Source of the DNA: the human T2T-CHM13v2.0 reference genome, Homo sapiens
DNA length: 64,000 bases
Strand: one strand, 5' to 3'
NCBI RefSeq assembly: GCF_009914755.1
Contig: NC_060929.1
A program made the position numbers and the translations under genes. The notes under the pieces are model-generated. The model was not told the origin of the DNA, ran no database searches, and saw nothing but the letters and a program-made list of their open reading frames with translations. Below are positions 12,401 to 64,000 of the stretch, piece after piece (the first letter of the stretch is position 1; every line of letters begins with the position of its first letter).

Positions 12401-13601
12401 AACTGGTTTTCCGCCTCTGAATGACATGGAGATAAGAAATTTCTTACTTTCCTCTTTGACCCTAGTCTGAGGAGACATTAGGAGGGTATAGGAGAGCAAA
12501 TTCTCTGTCTAACTGGCAGCTACTGCTTAGCTCCAGGCAAGGGATGCCATGGAGAAATGTGGACCCAGATTTGCCAATTCTGGTAATTTTTCAAAATAAT
12601 CTAGACATCCATTTTTTTAAAATGTGAAATCTACAAATTTTAAATCTTGGCAAAAATGATCTTTTAGTATTGTTTTGTAATCACAGTTTGGACTAAAAAA
12701 CACATATCTCTAGGCATCTGGGTTTGTAACATTAAATTCCCTCTTTTGCTTTCTTTCTTACTGGCAGTGAGTGCAAATAATTCATTTAGAAAGCATAAGC
12801 ACCTAGATTCTTCAATAAAAACAGACTGTCTTCAATGAAGAGAAAGAAACTCACAGAAAGTATCCAAAGAAACAATTTTTAAAAATTAGATAATACTACT
12901 GAATTTCAGGAGAAAAAAAAAATTTTGTTTGACTAGAGCTAATTAAAGTTGTTTTCAGTGAGATCTTAATTTCAAGAAAACTGCTTTTCATGACTTTTTA
13001 AGATCTATGTAGGATTACAAAATTACGTTTGTTTGAGAAGAGTTACAGGGGTCAAAAATCTATCCTTAGATCCTTAAGACCGCTTCATAATATGTGAAAT
13101 TGTTGCTGTTGATTTTTTTTTTAGACAGACGGGTGCCATCTAATGGTGGTTTAAGAAATCTTAGTTAAACATGTGATCCTTATTTTTTAAAGGACCTAAA
13201 AGACAAGAGTTATCTTACTACTTGACAGAGACACTGTCACATACTCAGATTTATAACCTATATGAGCAAACTTTGACTTATTTTATTGCTTCTAAATTGG
13301 CCTCAAAGGATTTAGATTAGTGAGATTTTCATTTTGTGCTTTGCAAATGTGGGAGAGAGAAAGCACAATTGAAACCCATAATCTTCTAGAGCTCCACAGA
13401 GCTCTGGAATTAAAGCTTCTCTACACTGTTCTTCCTGTTTCCATGGTGGGCATATGTAGTCCAAATATAAACAGCTCGAATGGCTTTTGTGATCTGTTTT
13501 TTGATGACTCATGCAAACGGGAGTACATGAGCTCATGGAAAATGTCAAGCTTAAATATTCTAGAAAGAAGATAGAAATCAGAAGTTCAGTTACATGAGTT
13601 A

Positions 13602-13911
<310 letters not shown>

Positions 13912-14984
13912 TTAGATCAGATATTTACTTGCCCTGTTTCTGTTATGTAAAGTGTTACTTTTCCTGGAAGTATTTGTCTGTACTGCATTATTGTTCATGG
14001 AAATGGCCATTGTAGAATCAGTCTTAGTATGTACCATGGCAATTTGTGATATCATGGTTACTTTTCTGGAAAAAATTATTGTGTGTAGGTACATTTTTTG
14101 AAAGTTTACAAGCGTAACTCTCACACAAATATAAAATGAACATGTCAAGATTTTATTCAACCCATTAGTTAGTGAGGAAACTAATAGAGTGTTAATACTG
14201 GTGCAAAAAGCATTTTTGGAACAAAATATTTACAAGAAAATTAATAAAGAAATGATAAGGTAAGGTTTCTGGGTGAGATGTAAAACTGGTTAACATCCTA
14301 CCGGGAAATAAAGCTGTAACTTATGGATTATATGTTTCACTGTACAAAAATTACTTGCACTTTTCAGCCAAGTAAAAGGATGATGAAAAAAAAAGAAAAA
14401 GAAAGTACTTGCACTTTTATAGGACAAATTTTTCCCAATTTACATGTGACTTCACTAAGTCTGAGATCTTTTATCAATGGTAAACAATTGTTGATTTAAC
14501 TAAGTGTGTTTTATTGAGTGGTCTGTGCCTTGTATGATCATTAAAAGCATAGTCCACACACTACTTTTTGGCTTGTATTCAAGCTTGGGATACCTTTTTC
14601 TTAAAAAATAATCAGACGTTAGCCTCATGTCTGTGCCTATGCCATTGTCAGAGTAAAATAACTGTGTTTGTCTGAATCTGACAAAACTAAATAAGGCAAG
14701 GGAGGATGAAGAGAGTCTCTTGCTTTCTTTTTCTATACCATGCTTTTCCTACCTTCTCATTACTCTAAGATGGTGGGTTAATCTATTTCTTTACTTGTTT
14801 TTTCATTAAATAAGCATGTCTTGAGGGTCATTGTATACCAGGGACTGTACTAGGTGGTGGACAGGTAAAGCTATTCAAGATGGGCAAGCTCAATGTCCTG
14901 CAGGTGTTTTTGTTCTAAGGAGAGAAACACAATAAATGCAAATAGCGACAACTACAAAGAAGGAAACAAAAGGGCATTGTTTAA

Positions 14985-15485
14985 AAGAGGAATATTAGGC
15001 TTCCAGGTAGACATTCGTGTTGGGAATTTATTTATTGTCTCAGCTACACACCATAATTATTGTAGAACTCATCAATAAAATGGCAGTTTCCATTGACTTT
15101 CACTACACCTATCCATTCATTCTCCAGGGAAGGGTAGACACAATTATGGTAACTTGCACTTTCCTAGACCACATGTTGTGAAACGTACATCAATCAAAAG
15201 TGGTTGCCCTCTACACCTAGGGGGCAGTAGATATCCTGGTATTCCCCTTTATATCATCCTGGGATTTCCTTTGATGCTTTGCTGTGTTTGACTCTTGATT
15301 GCTGATCCTATATTTTCTTCTTTCTTAGTTTACTTGGTTTATTCCCTTGTTTAGATGGAGAACTCCCTCCAGTAACATCTTGAGAAAGGGTATGTAGAGA
15401 CAAAAGTTTTAGGTCTTTTATATTAGGAATTATCATGATATTATCCTTCCACTTAACTAATAGTTTCATTGGGTATAGAATTGTA
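14985..15485 (-). repeat. Left arm of ~500-bp inverted repeat (mate 17010-17515); includes an antisense HAL1-like portion
   Basis: Colinear reverse-complement match with exact blocks of 38, 31 and 26 bp. Confidence 0.93.
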
Positions 15486-16299
15486 ACTATTACCTTCAGA
15501 TAGTTACCTTTAATATAGCACTTTACAGAAAAGGGTTTTCAAACAATTAGAGAAACCTGCAAGGACAAAAGGAAGGCGAGAGGAAACAATTGCAACTCAG
15601 TTTTGGAGCCAGAAGGCAAATGGATGAGTAGTGATTCTCTTAGCAGATCCAAGAAAGCTTAGCAGTAAGCTAGGAGGCTGAGAAATAGCCAAATTTATAC
15701 AGAATAGCCACTAAAGGCACAGGAAATAATAGTATCAGGTACCTTTAAAACTTTGGTGGTGAGTGAGCAACTAGGTGGGGAGAAAACTGCTGCAGGAGAT
15801 CCTTAAAATCATCATCCCTTCCATCCTGTGCTGCTGCTGACCCCCTGCTTACCCCTCCAAATCTGGTGTTCATTCTCCAGGAAAGGTAAAACAGGATCTC
15901 TTGAATGATGATGTGAGCCGTGTTTGTGGGTTAGGATCCCTAAATAAAACAGGGGATTAAGTGACCATATGATGATCGAATTCAGAGACTCCAGTTTTTT
16001 ACCCCCTTCTACTAGGTCCCAGATGTCCTGGTAATTATATCTGTACCCTTTAGGTGGGAGAATGGAAGATTCTTCTTTGGGGAAACTGATCAATGTAAGA
16101 GTAAAGTTTTTTCTGTAGATACTAAAATTGGGACTTTCTAATAAGTGGTTCACTCGTTCACTGAAAGTTGACAAGCCACATCCTTCTGCACATGCTCAGA
16201 ACTTTCAAGTATTATTTTGGTCACTTATCCTTGATCATATGAAGATATGAAGATCCATATATTCAGAGCATCCCAGTCATCAGTTTAGTCTCATAATTT

Positions 16300-17312
16300 T
16301 AAGTATATATAGATGATGAAGAATTACCAGATATAGAAGACAGATTCCAGAATAAATAACAAATTATTTTTGTTAATTTAGAGGTAACAAAGAATACAAA
16401 GAGGGAAGATTTTTTTTAAAATCAGTATTTTCTAAGATACTTTACAAAATCATTGGATTAATGGAAAAATAACAGGATACTGTTAAATTCTTAGAAATTG
16501 AAAACGATAGCATAAATTTAAAAATAGTAGGATAATTGAAATTTGATGATGAATTAAATTCTTGGGAAGCAGAGCAAAAATCAAAGAATCGGTAATTAAG
16601 ATATAAGGAATAAGATATAAGGAAATGAGAAAACTATCCTCAGAATATCAGTGTGAAATAATAGGAGTTCTAGGAGAGAGATCAGTGAAAATGGAGTGGG
16701 GGCAGAAATCACTGTGAAATAATAAAGGAAACTTTGTCCGTTTGAAGGTTATGAGTGGCACATTGAAGGGAATTTACAGAGTGTTCATCCAAATGGACAA
16801 GAATAAACTAATTCCAAGATGCATCATTCTGAAGTTTCAGAACACTTTACAATGAGAAGAACCTTCCAAAGGGAGGACAACACAAACAATCAGAACGGGT
16901 CACAAACACTTTAGAATCAAAACAATTTTAGATTTTTTAGTAGCAACACTAGGAGTTTGAAAACAATGGACTGAGGCTCTCAAAATTCTGAAAGAAAATT
17001 ATTTTTACCTACAATTCTATACTCAATTAAACCTTTAGTTAAGTGGAAGGATAATATTGTGATAATGCCTAACATACAAGACCTAAAACATTTATCTTTA
17101 CATAAGCTTTCTCAGGCTGTGACTGGAGGGTGTTCTCCATCAAAACAAGGGAATAAACCAAATAAACTACTAAGGAAGAAGAAAACATGGGATTAACAAA
17201 CAGAGGATGAAACACAGGAAAGGATTCAAAGAGATTCCAGGATGATAGAAACAAGGATCCCAGGATGACTGTTGCCCATCATGTGTAGAGGGCAACCACT
17301 TTTGATTGATGT
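16300..17312 (+). mobile_element. HAL1/ancient L1 ORF1-like remnant
   Basis: agcaacactaggagtttgaaaacaatgg...ctcaaaattctgaaagaaaattattttt...ctggagggtgttctccatcaaaacaagggaataaaccaa...ccaggatgat resembles the HAL1 consensus; 5' boundary uncertain. Confidence 0.7.
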
Positions 17313-17515
17313 AGGTTTGATAATATGTGGTCTAGGAAAGTGCAAGTTACCATAATTGTGTCAACTATTCCCCAAGAGTGAATTGATGGGTGTAGTGAAA
17401 GTCAATGGAAACTGGCATTTTATTGATGAGAGATACAATGTTGATGGTATGTATCTGAGACAATAAACATATTCCCAACAGGAAAGTCTACATGGAAGTC
17501 TGGTATTCCTTTGTT
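17010..17515 (+). repeat. Right arm of ~500-bp inverted repeat (mate 14985-15485)
   Basis: See left arm. Confidence 0.93.
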
Positions 17516-19184
17516 AACTAACATCTTGGAAAGGTGTGCTGATTTCTATAGTCTGTCTTCTGTAGGAATACATATATTTCTGTATATATGTACACACATA
17601 AACAATCTCTTGAGAGATATAAATGAAGTTGATAACTGGGATTGACTGTGGGTAGGAGCAGCATATGGCTGGTGGAGGGTACTGTGAGGGAGGCTTATTT
17701 TTTACTGTTTATCTTTTTATTCCTTTTAAATATTATGCCACATGCATATATAAGTTATTTAAAGATGAATAAAATAAAATGTATTTCTTATAAATTAAAA
17801 ATAAATAAAAATAAAGACAAATAACATTAACTACAGTCTGAGTAAGAGACTATTCGTTTTATTTATTACTTTAAAAATGTTTAGCACTTACTCTATTTGT
17901 AACATTAGAGTACTTTGCTTTTGAAAGTTGTAAATTTAAATTCTGTTTTGGTTTGGGAGAGGGCAAAGATCATTTTTTTTTTTGGTGGTGCTTGCCAAAT
18001 ACAAATAAGACAGATTAAGAATGCTTAGAAGCTGAATAATTGATGATAGGAATGATGAAGCTTCTCTTGTTCCACAGGAGTAATTCTATAGTTTTAGAAT
18101 GCCCCTTAGTAGATGTAATAGAATTCAAGTAATTCTAAACTTGAAAACCTTGTTCCTTTAGGATCATATTTTCAGTATTAATTACCTGGTGGTCACACCA
18201 TGGGAAGATGCTTGCTATGGCATTGACAAGGTAAAAGATGAAGCTAATAAGGTCAATGCGTTCATTCAATTCTGCACTAGTAATGTTTGTCTTTTCAGGC
18301 CCTTGTCCCATCACTCATAGATACTGTACAGTTGTTTATTCTGAAATGTAAAGAGATAGAGTCAACTTTCAAATTGAGGGAAGGTTTTATTTTTAATCGA
18401 AGTCGATTAATGCAAAATTAATTGAATTATGACTTTCTTTCATTGTCTTCTATTGGGTCCTAATTCTCATTTATTTTACTCTCTTCCTTATTCTACTCCG
18501 TTTCTATATAGTTATTGAGACATAGAAAAAAAGACTCTTTGACTCTTTCCTTTTAATCAGAATATGCTATACCTATTACATTTCCTAAGGTGCCCATCAT
18601 TTATTTGAGTCAAGATGGGAGGAAGGTACTGTCCTAGATAAACAGGATTTAGAATTTATTGCTTATAATGACACGTTGTTGATGAATTTTATAATATTTG
18701 ATGCTCTTATGGGCTACGTAATCCAGGTAAAAAATAAAGTAGGGAAAATAGGAGTAGGTTTTTAAACAGGAACAATAAAGCATCGTGGGAAACAGCAATA
18801 GGAATAAATTAATGTCAGACTAATGTAAAGAAGCAAGATATTGGGGTTCCTTGGTGACAATCAGAAGGGGCTTAGCTTTTTCAGGACACTGAGTCAATAT
18901 GGTACACTCTTGTCCTGCTGTGTTCTATTCTGAAGACATCCTTAGTTTGTCTAAGTGTCTTATTAGTCATTACCAGTTTTGAGGTGGAGGGGAAAATATT
19001 AGACTGTGAGTACAGATGGTGGTAATAATTGCATGGGAACAGAAGATAGCTAGCGTGGTGTCCTTTCATGAATCCTTAGAGAAGAATAATACTGTTGAAT
19101 GTTAGAGTGGGACAGAGGGGACTTTCCACTTTGTTTATCCTAATATGAGTTTGCAGTATCACAAACTGGAGATTGGCGGATAAA

Positions 19185-19530
19185 TATTGATGTTGAAAGT
19201 GACGGAAAACCCAACCCAAGCCAGCTAGAGCACAAAACGTAATTTATTGTCTCAGAAACTGAAAACTCTAGGATAAAGCTGGATTCAAGAGCTTAAGCTT
19301 GATTATCAAAATGTGGCTCCTTTCATCCCCTTGGCTCTGTGGCTGTGTTTGTTTCATTTCCAGACTGTGGGAGAACTTGCCCCAATTATCACAATCCCAA
19401 ATACAGTGGTAGAGGGAATTTCCATTCTTATGCTTAAAGGAAAGTCTCCTAATTGTGTCTTCTGTCTTCTTGGCTTTGATTGACCTGATCTGAATGGCCA
19501 ACCCTATGACTCTGTTTAAGCCAAGGAACA
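19185..19530. mobile_element. Ancient ERVL/MaLR-type LTR fragment (LTR33-like)
   Basis: gttgaaagtgacggaaaacccaacccaagccagct...aatttattgtctcagaaactgaaaa; subfamily uncertain. Confidence 0.45.
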
Positions 19531-20899
19531 TATTTTAAGTATCTTTGTGTTCTCGGTGATTGATGAGCACAGGGCGTTGCATGATGTACAGGTACACAAT
19601 ATACAAATGTTATGTTAAACTGTAAGCTGCTTTTCTGAAAACAACCATTTTACCTTGTAAGAGCTGGTCTAATATAGTCCAGATTTTAATTCTGAAATTT
19701 TTTTGGAGCAAAATTAGGTGACTTGTTGGAGAGACTGAATATGATTACTAGAATTCAAGAATTTGAGACTTTCTGCCTGTGTGCTATCAGGACTCTGTCA
19801 GAACCTCACAGTAGAATTCAGGAAATAAGCAAGAAATTAAATTACATATCATCTTAGCATGCTAAGAGATCTATTAAGAGATAAGGGATATAGTGGAAGA
19901 AAGAGTTTTAATTTCTTTTGAATCATACAAAACAAAAGTGAGAGGTGGGAGAAGAACATGGATGATAGCTGGAAATGAGAGGATTTGAATATTGGAATAT
20001 CATCCCATTAGAGAAGAGGAATGATGTCAGTGATGCTAAAATTATTCTTTCACAGTTGCAACAGAATACAAATTACGCACATCATGATCTTAAAACATAT
20101 GTTTGAAATTCATTTTATAGAGAAGTTTAAAAATAAGTGGTCTGATGGGGCATGAAAAAATTTTGTTAAATCTAGTAAGAGAAAAAAATGACCTAAAATA
20201 GATTTAAGACTTATGTGCTGTGTCAATTACTAATGCCTTGTCTTCTGAGTTTAATTTAAAAAAAGGGAATTCCAAAGACTAGATTTTTAGTGTGATAGAG
20301 GAAAGTGTACCTAGCTACTCTAAAAAATAAACTATTCAGCATTTGTGTAATTATGCCTGTCTTCTAATGGGAACTTCATTTTCAAAGCTTTTTTTAATCT
20401 TTAAATTCTATTGAATGCCAACTTTGCCCGAACAACTTTTCATACAGTGTGAAAAGATGAAAGCAAAGGAGATGCAATTATCAATGATGTCACAGAATTT
20501 GAGGCATTTCCAATCATGCCTGTGTGCTCATTTTGCATAATCAAAACTCACTGATGGGGACCAATTTAAAATGAATTTACTGACTTAAACACAGGATCTT
20601 GGAGCTCTAATTGCCTGGGAAACTGTAAGAATGCAGCATTTGAGCTCATTGGTCCTGACATAAAAAGATGCTGTTAAATATTTAAAGTAGTCAAGAGAGC
20701 TGTAGTGTCATTTAAATAAATGTAATGTTTATTAGAGTAATAAAGTGAAACTTTTAGGAGATTCATAATTATGCAATCTTATGAGAGTTTTGGTTATTGT
20801 GCATGAGCTTGAAATATCTGAATGCTTGGAAACGTAGCATAAATGATCTATCATATTATTCAAGGTGGTGATGTGTGATTTGTTGAAATAAAATGTAAA

Positions 20900-21130
20900 T
20901 GGCAGTACAGTGTGGTTATTGGGTAGAGAGTTTGGAGTTAGCCTCCAAAGCCTACATAGCCACTTAACTGAATAATATTGCATATGTTGACTAACCCATC
21001 TCTGCTTTAGTTTTCTCAGCTATAAAATGATACTAATGCTATGCTCGCCTTCTTCATAGAGATATTGTAAGGATTAAATGTGTTAATGTATATAAAGTAC
21101 CTTAAAACAGTGCTTATATAAGCATTTGCT
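20900..21130 (+). mobile_element. MIR SINE
   Basis: ctctgctttagttttctcagctataaaatga...gatattgtaaggattaaatgtgttaatgtatataaagtacctta. Confidence 0.7.
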
Positions 21131-21335
21131 GTTATGATCACTCTGTAAAAGTCATTACAGTTTTTCTTCCGAATGCACAAAATCTTAAAATGCAATATCA
21201 GAATATGAAAAAACATATGAGGAAGTTCGCACATATAGCATTGAAAAGTTCAGTAGTTAACTCATAACTACAAATTTGGCCTTTTGTATGTTCACTCCAA
21301 GACACACTTCTAACACGATTCCTCACACTCTAGGA

Positions 21336-21518
21336 CAGTAATTCTCAAAGTGAATTATACCAAGGATGAGTTGGATCAGAATTAATAGGGCTACTTGTTA
21401 AATGCATATTCCTGGTCCTCACTTTAGACTCACTGAATCAGAATTTTTGAGAGTGAGAATTAGCATTTTAACAAATGCCTGAGGTGATCCTAATGCAGGA
21501 CAGATTTTGAGAACTGTT
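21336..21518. mobile_element. MER5A-like hAT-Charlie MITE
   Basis: Termini cagtaattctcaaa ... ttttgagaactg; internal cttgttaaatgcatattcctgg...actgaatcagaat...gcattttaacaa. Confidence 0.75.
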
Positions 21519-23288
21519 CTTACTTGTTCATGATTCCCTCTACTCATGCTGTAATTTCACTTTCACTCTGTCTCACATTGCACTTCAGATGTCTTATTTC
21601 TCTCAGTTCATGGTTCTGTCACGTCTCCTGTTCAAGGACTGTAGATTTTTCTTTCAAAATCACAGTAGATTGTAGTTGATCTTTTTCTTTCACATTCAAA
21701 GCCTAGTTTACTACCTTCTCCCTCTTCCATTTTGTGCTCTCTTCATTGTACCTTGTTCATTTCCTTGCCACTATTTGTCCTAAGTGGGATGTGAAATCAT
21801 TCTGGCTTTAGAATTCCATAAAAGACCTTCACCTGGCTTTGGTTTAGCTCAGAACTGCTCCCCCTTTCCTGTCTCACACATGCTTTGCTTTTTCCCTTCC
21901 ATTTCTCTCATCTTTTTCATTTCCTTTCTTTCCATGAACATTCCTGGGTTGGAAGACAGGGAAGAGTTTGCAGCTGGTCAAGGAAAACTCTTCTTCAGAT
22001 TTCATTGGTCTTCTGGCAGGTTTGCCTGGAGAGAAGGGACAGGTACAAAGGAAGTCCCAATCCTTCAGCATCTCTGTCCCTGTTAGCTTATATCCCTTTC
22101 CTGGACTCCATTTGAACTCGGCATCCCTGTCTGGATTTTAGAGTCAGAAGTGTGTGAGACATCATTGAGCAGTCTCAGACTGCATTGTCTGTATATACTT
22201 AACGGAGAACATTGCACTTAAATCCTAAAATATATCAGGAACTCATATATTTGGCGTGTCTAAGTATAAAGCCATGTGTAGCCAAGTGGAAACACCACAT
22301 ACAAGAAAATTGTATTACTTCTTGGCCAAGGTAAAGATTAATAGGAAGCATTTTGGCTCATAGAGTATGTAATGCAGCTCTCCTTTAAAACACGTGAACT
22401 TTTTATGTTCGTGTGACTGATCACATAGATCCACGGGAATCTTAATGATCCGTGAGGGAAATTGTTCACATTTTTAGAGGTATATCTACATTACAAAACA
22501 GCAGCACTTTCAGGAGACCACTGCACTGTTGTGCTTTGGAAAGCACTTGAATCCCAGAGTGCTGAAAGTAGGAACAGTATTGATGACTCATAAACACACA
22601 TATCATAGTGAAAAAAAAAAAAAAAAGAAAGTTGTCATGGAAAAAAAGGAAATATATACTTTGGCAAATTTAAAGCAACATGGACATTTTCTTAGATGTG
22701 GTCTTAGTATTTTAGCTAGTAAAATGAAAGAAATTTAAGTCCTGGAAATTTATCCCTTCTTTGAAAGGATTAGAATTTCTTTGCAATAACTAAGAATTTA
22801 AAAAATTCTCAAAGAAGACAAGTTTAAGGAAAAAGTAGACACCAACCAAGAAATCAATTTATTGCTAAAAATTTGGCTTCAACTGTTTCAGTTTTGGCTG
22901 GTATTTCGTAGTTTTATTTGTGTAAATATGGGCTTTAATTAAATTTCCATGTTGCTGCTTAGGTTTTTCTTAAAATGTGGATGTCAATAAATTTTTTACA
23001 TGAACTAAATTTAATAAGTAAGTTTAACTTACAGCTATTATCTTGGTATAGAAGCTAAAAAGCAAAAAGTACTTCTGAATAGTAGAAAGAGAACCGTAAG
23101 AATAGAATCGTGTTTTTTTAACTTCTGTCGTCACATATTTGAGTTTGATGGCTTAATAGTAGATGTATTTATGTCTTAGTTGTTTGCTGTCTAACTCTTC
23201 ATACTATGTTTATATCTATAGACAATACAATCTAATGAGAATAGATTAGATATATTTTGTGAATAATATTTTTTTCTTTTTGTTTTAG

Positions 23289-62386
<39,098 letters not shown>

Positions 62387-63439
62387 GTGAGGGTCATCAT
62401 CACAACTAGGACACTGAAATTTGCAGTTTCTAAAATTTTTCATTAAAATTTAGATTTTTAAAAAAGTGCTAACATGTATTTGAAAACTCTACTTATGCAT
62501 TGGTTTAATTTCTTTAATCAAAACTATGTGCCTACCAAGATAATGAGAAATTCTGTCCTGAGTGTTACAGAAATGAATCAGAGAATTTTGCCCTTAAAGA
62601 ACCTGGAATAAACCCTAGCAGAGAGATGTGTGATATATCACAATGACACCCTGTAGGAAGACAGAAAAAAATATGAAAGAGGAATGTTTGTCCTTCTGTG
62701 GGTAGTAGGAGAGATGGGGAGTGATATTCCTGCAGAGGAATGAACAAAGGAATAGAAATGTGAAACAGCGTGTTGCACCTGGGGAACTGCTGCTAGTTCA
62801 GTATTGCTGAAGGTAGAGGGTGGTGGGCGTGAGGTTGAAAAGAAAGCAGGAGAGAAGAATCACAGTGAAAAGTGATTATAGGGTTCATACTATCAGCAGG
62901 TAACTTGGTGAATTCTACAGAGTGCTTTGAAGAGATATTCTTTGTTGTCTTTAAACTAGATCATATGCTGATTCCTCAAGAAGCACATTTGTGTGTGTGT
63001 GCACACAAATACTGGTTATATGCATTATAGTCACCATTCCCTCTCAGCCCCTCCATCTTATGATTTTATTCTTTTTTATATTTCGTGAAAGATAGAGTAG
63101 AGCTTATATGGCTATAGCTTAATAGAGTATTTTCCTCTGAACCTCTTACATTAGTTATTTGGTTCTATTTTTTTTCCCAGAGGGGGAAAAAAAGATAGGC
63201 AAAGGAAAATGCACGTATCTACCAATTTCAATCCCATGGATTTTGGTTACAAGCACTTTGTGGTATTATCCACTTTTTGGCTGTGTGAATACCTACAAGT
63301 ATCTGTTAGCCTTGATTCTTTTGGTGATGGTAGTGGTGGTGGAATGAGAATGGAAACGATTGGGGGAAGTGGGAGCTGGTGTTTTTTCCTCTGACTTACT
63401 GCAGAGGAACTTGTTATTTTTGTACTTTGTAATTTGGAA

Positions 63440-64000
63440 AGATAATTTTTAAACTATATGTAAAGTTATTGAACTGTAGTGCCCTTTATATTATAAAAAT
63501 ATAAAAGTATGCATATTGTAAGTGTACAGATAAGTGAAATTTTTAAAACTTAAATTCATCAGTTTCAGCACTCATGTGATCAGCCCCCAGACCAAGAAAC
63601 AGCATTCCAGAAGCCCCCTTTGACTCCTCCAGTTGCTAACTCACCACCCTGCCTACTGACTATTGGCATTTTTAAGAGCTTAAGATTCACTTTTCCTATT
63701 TTTAAATTTATATAAATAGAACTGAACAGTATGTACACTTGAGTGTCCAGCTTCTTTTGCTCAGTATTGTTTGTGAAGTTCATCCATATTTTTGCCTGCT
63801 GTAGATATTTCATGCTCATTACCATATAGAATTATCTTATGTAACTGTAACACAATTTATTTATTAGTGCTACTTTCAATTTCTGTTTTGGTTGTTTTCT
63901 GTTCTGCCTACTACATATAGTACTTCTATGGATACTCTTATACATGTTTTTTGATGAACATATGCCTGCCATATGCATTTCTGTTGAGCACATTCCTGGG
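63440..64000 (-). mobile_element. Old L1M (L1ME/MC-like) 3' region, runs off the window
   Basis: cagcattccagaagccccc...gtgtccagcttcttttgctcagtattgtttgtgaagttcatccat...atacatgttttttgatgaacatatg. Confidence 0.75.

Overview
Human (primate) genomic DNA, + strand, covering the 3' ~23 kb of intron 1 and exons 2-20 of ADGRV1 (GPR98/VLGR1/MASS1/USH2C), the very large adhesion GPCR. All 19 exons were located by GT-AG boundaries and join into one uninterrupted frame: most of the signal peptide, tandem Calx-beta repeats and the start of the LamG/pentraxin-like domain. This corresponds to about codons 8-1460 if exon 1, which lies outside the window, contributes 22 coding nt. The introns hold a full-length antisense SVA nested in a THE1 LTR, a 5'-inverted L1PA nested in an L1PB, other L1/HAL1/L2/MIR/MER fragments and 12 Alus. 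I see no novel multi-gene system. The best leads are RNA-level: (1) a candidate in-frame 33-nt microexon in intron 11 with downstream RBFOX motifs; (2) intronic stop plus poly(A)-signal arrangements after exons 9, 16 and 19 that would give truncated ectodomain isoforms; (3) a ~500-bp inverted duplication with an unusually identical core; (4) an 88-bp and a 40-bp palindrome; (5) an Alu orientation pattern predicting circularisation or skipping of exon 7 and exons 8-9. Repeat subfamily calls are from remembered consensus sequences, and the boundaries of old repeats are approximate.
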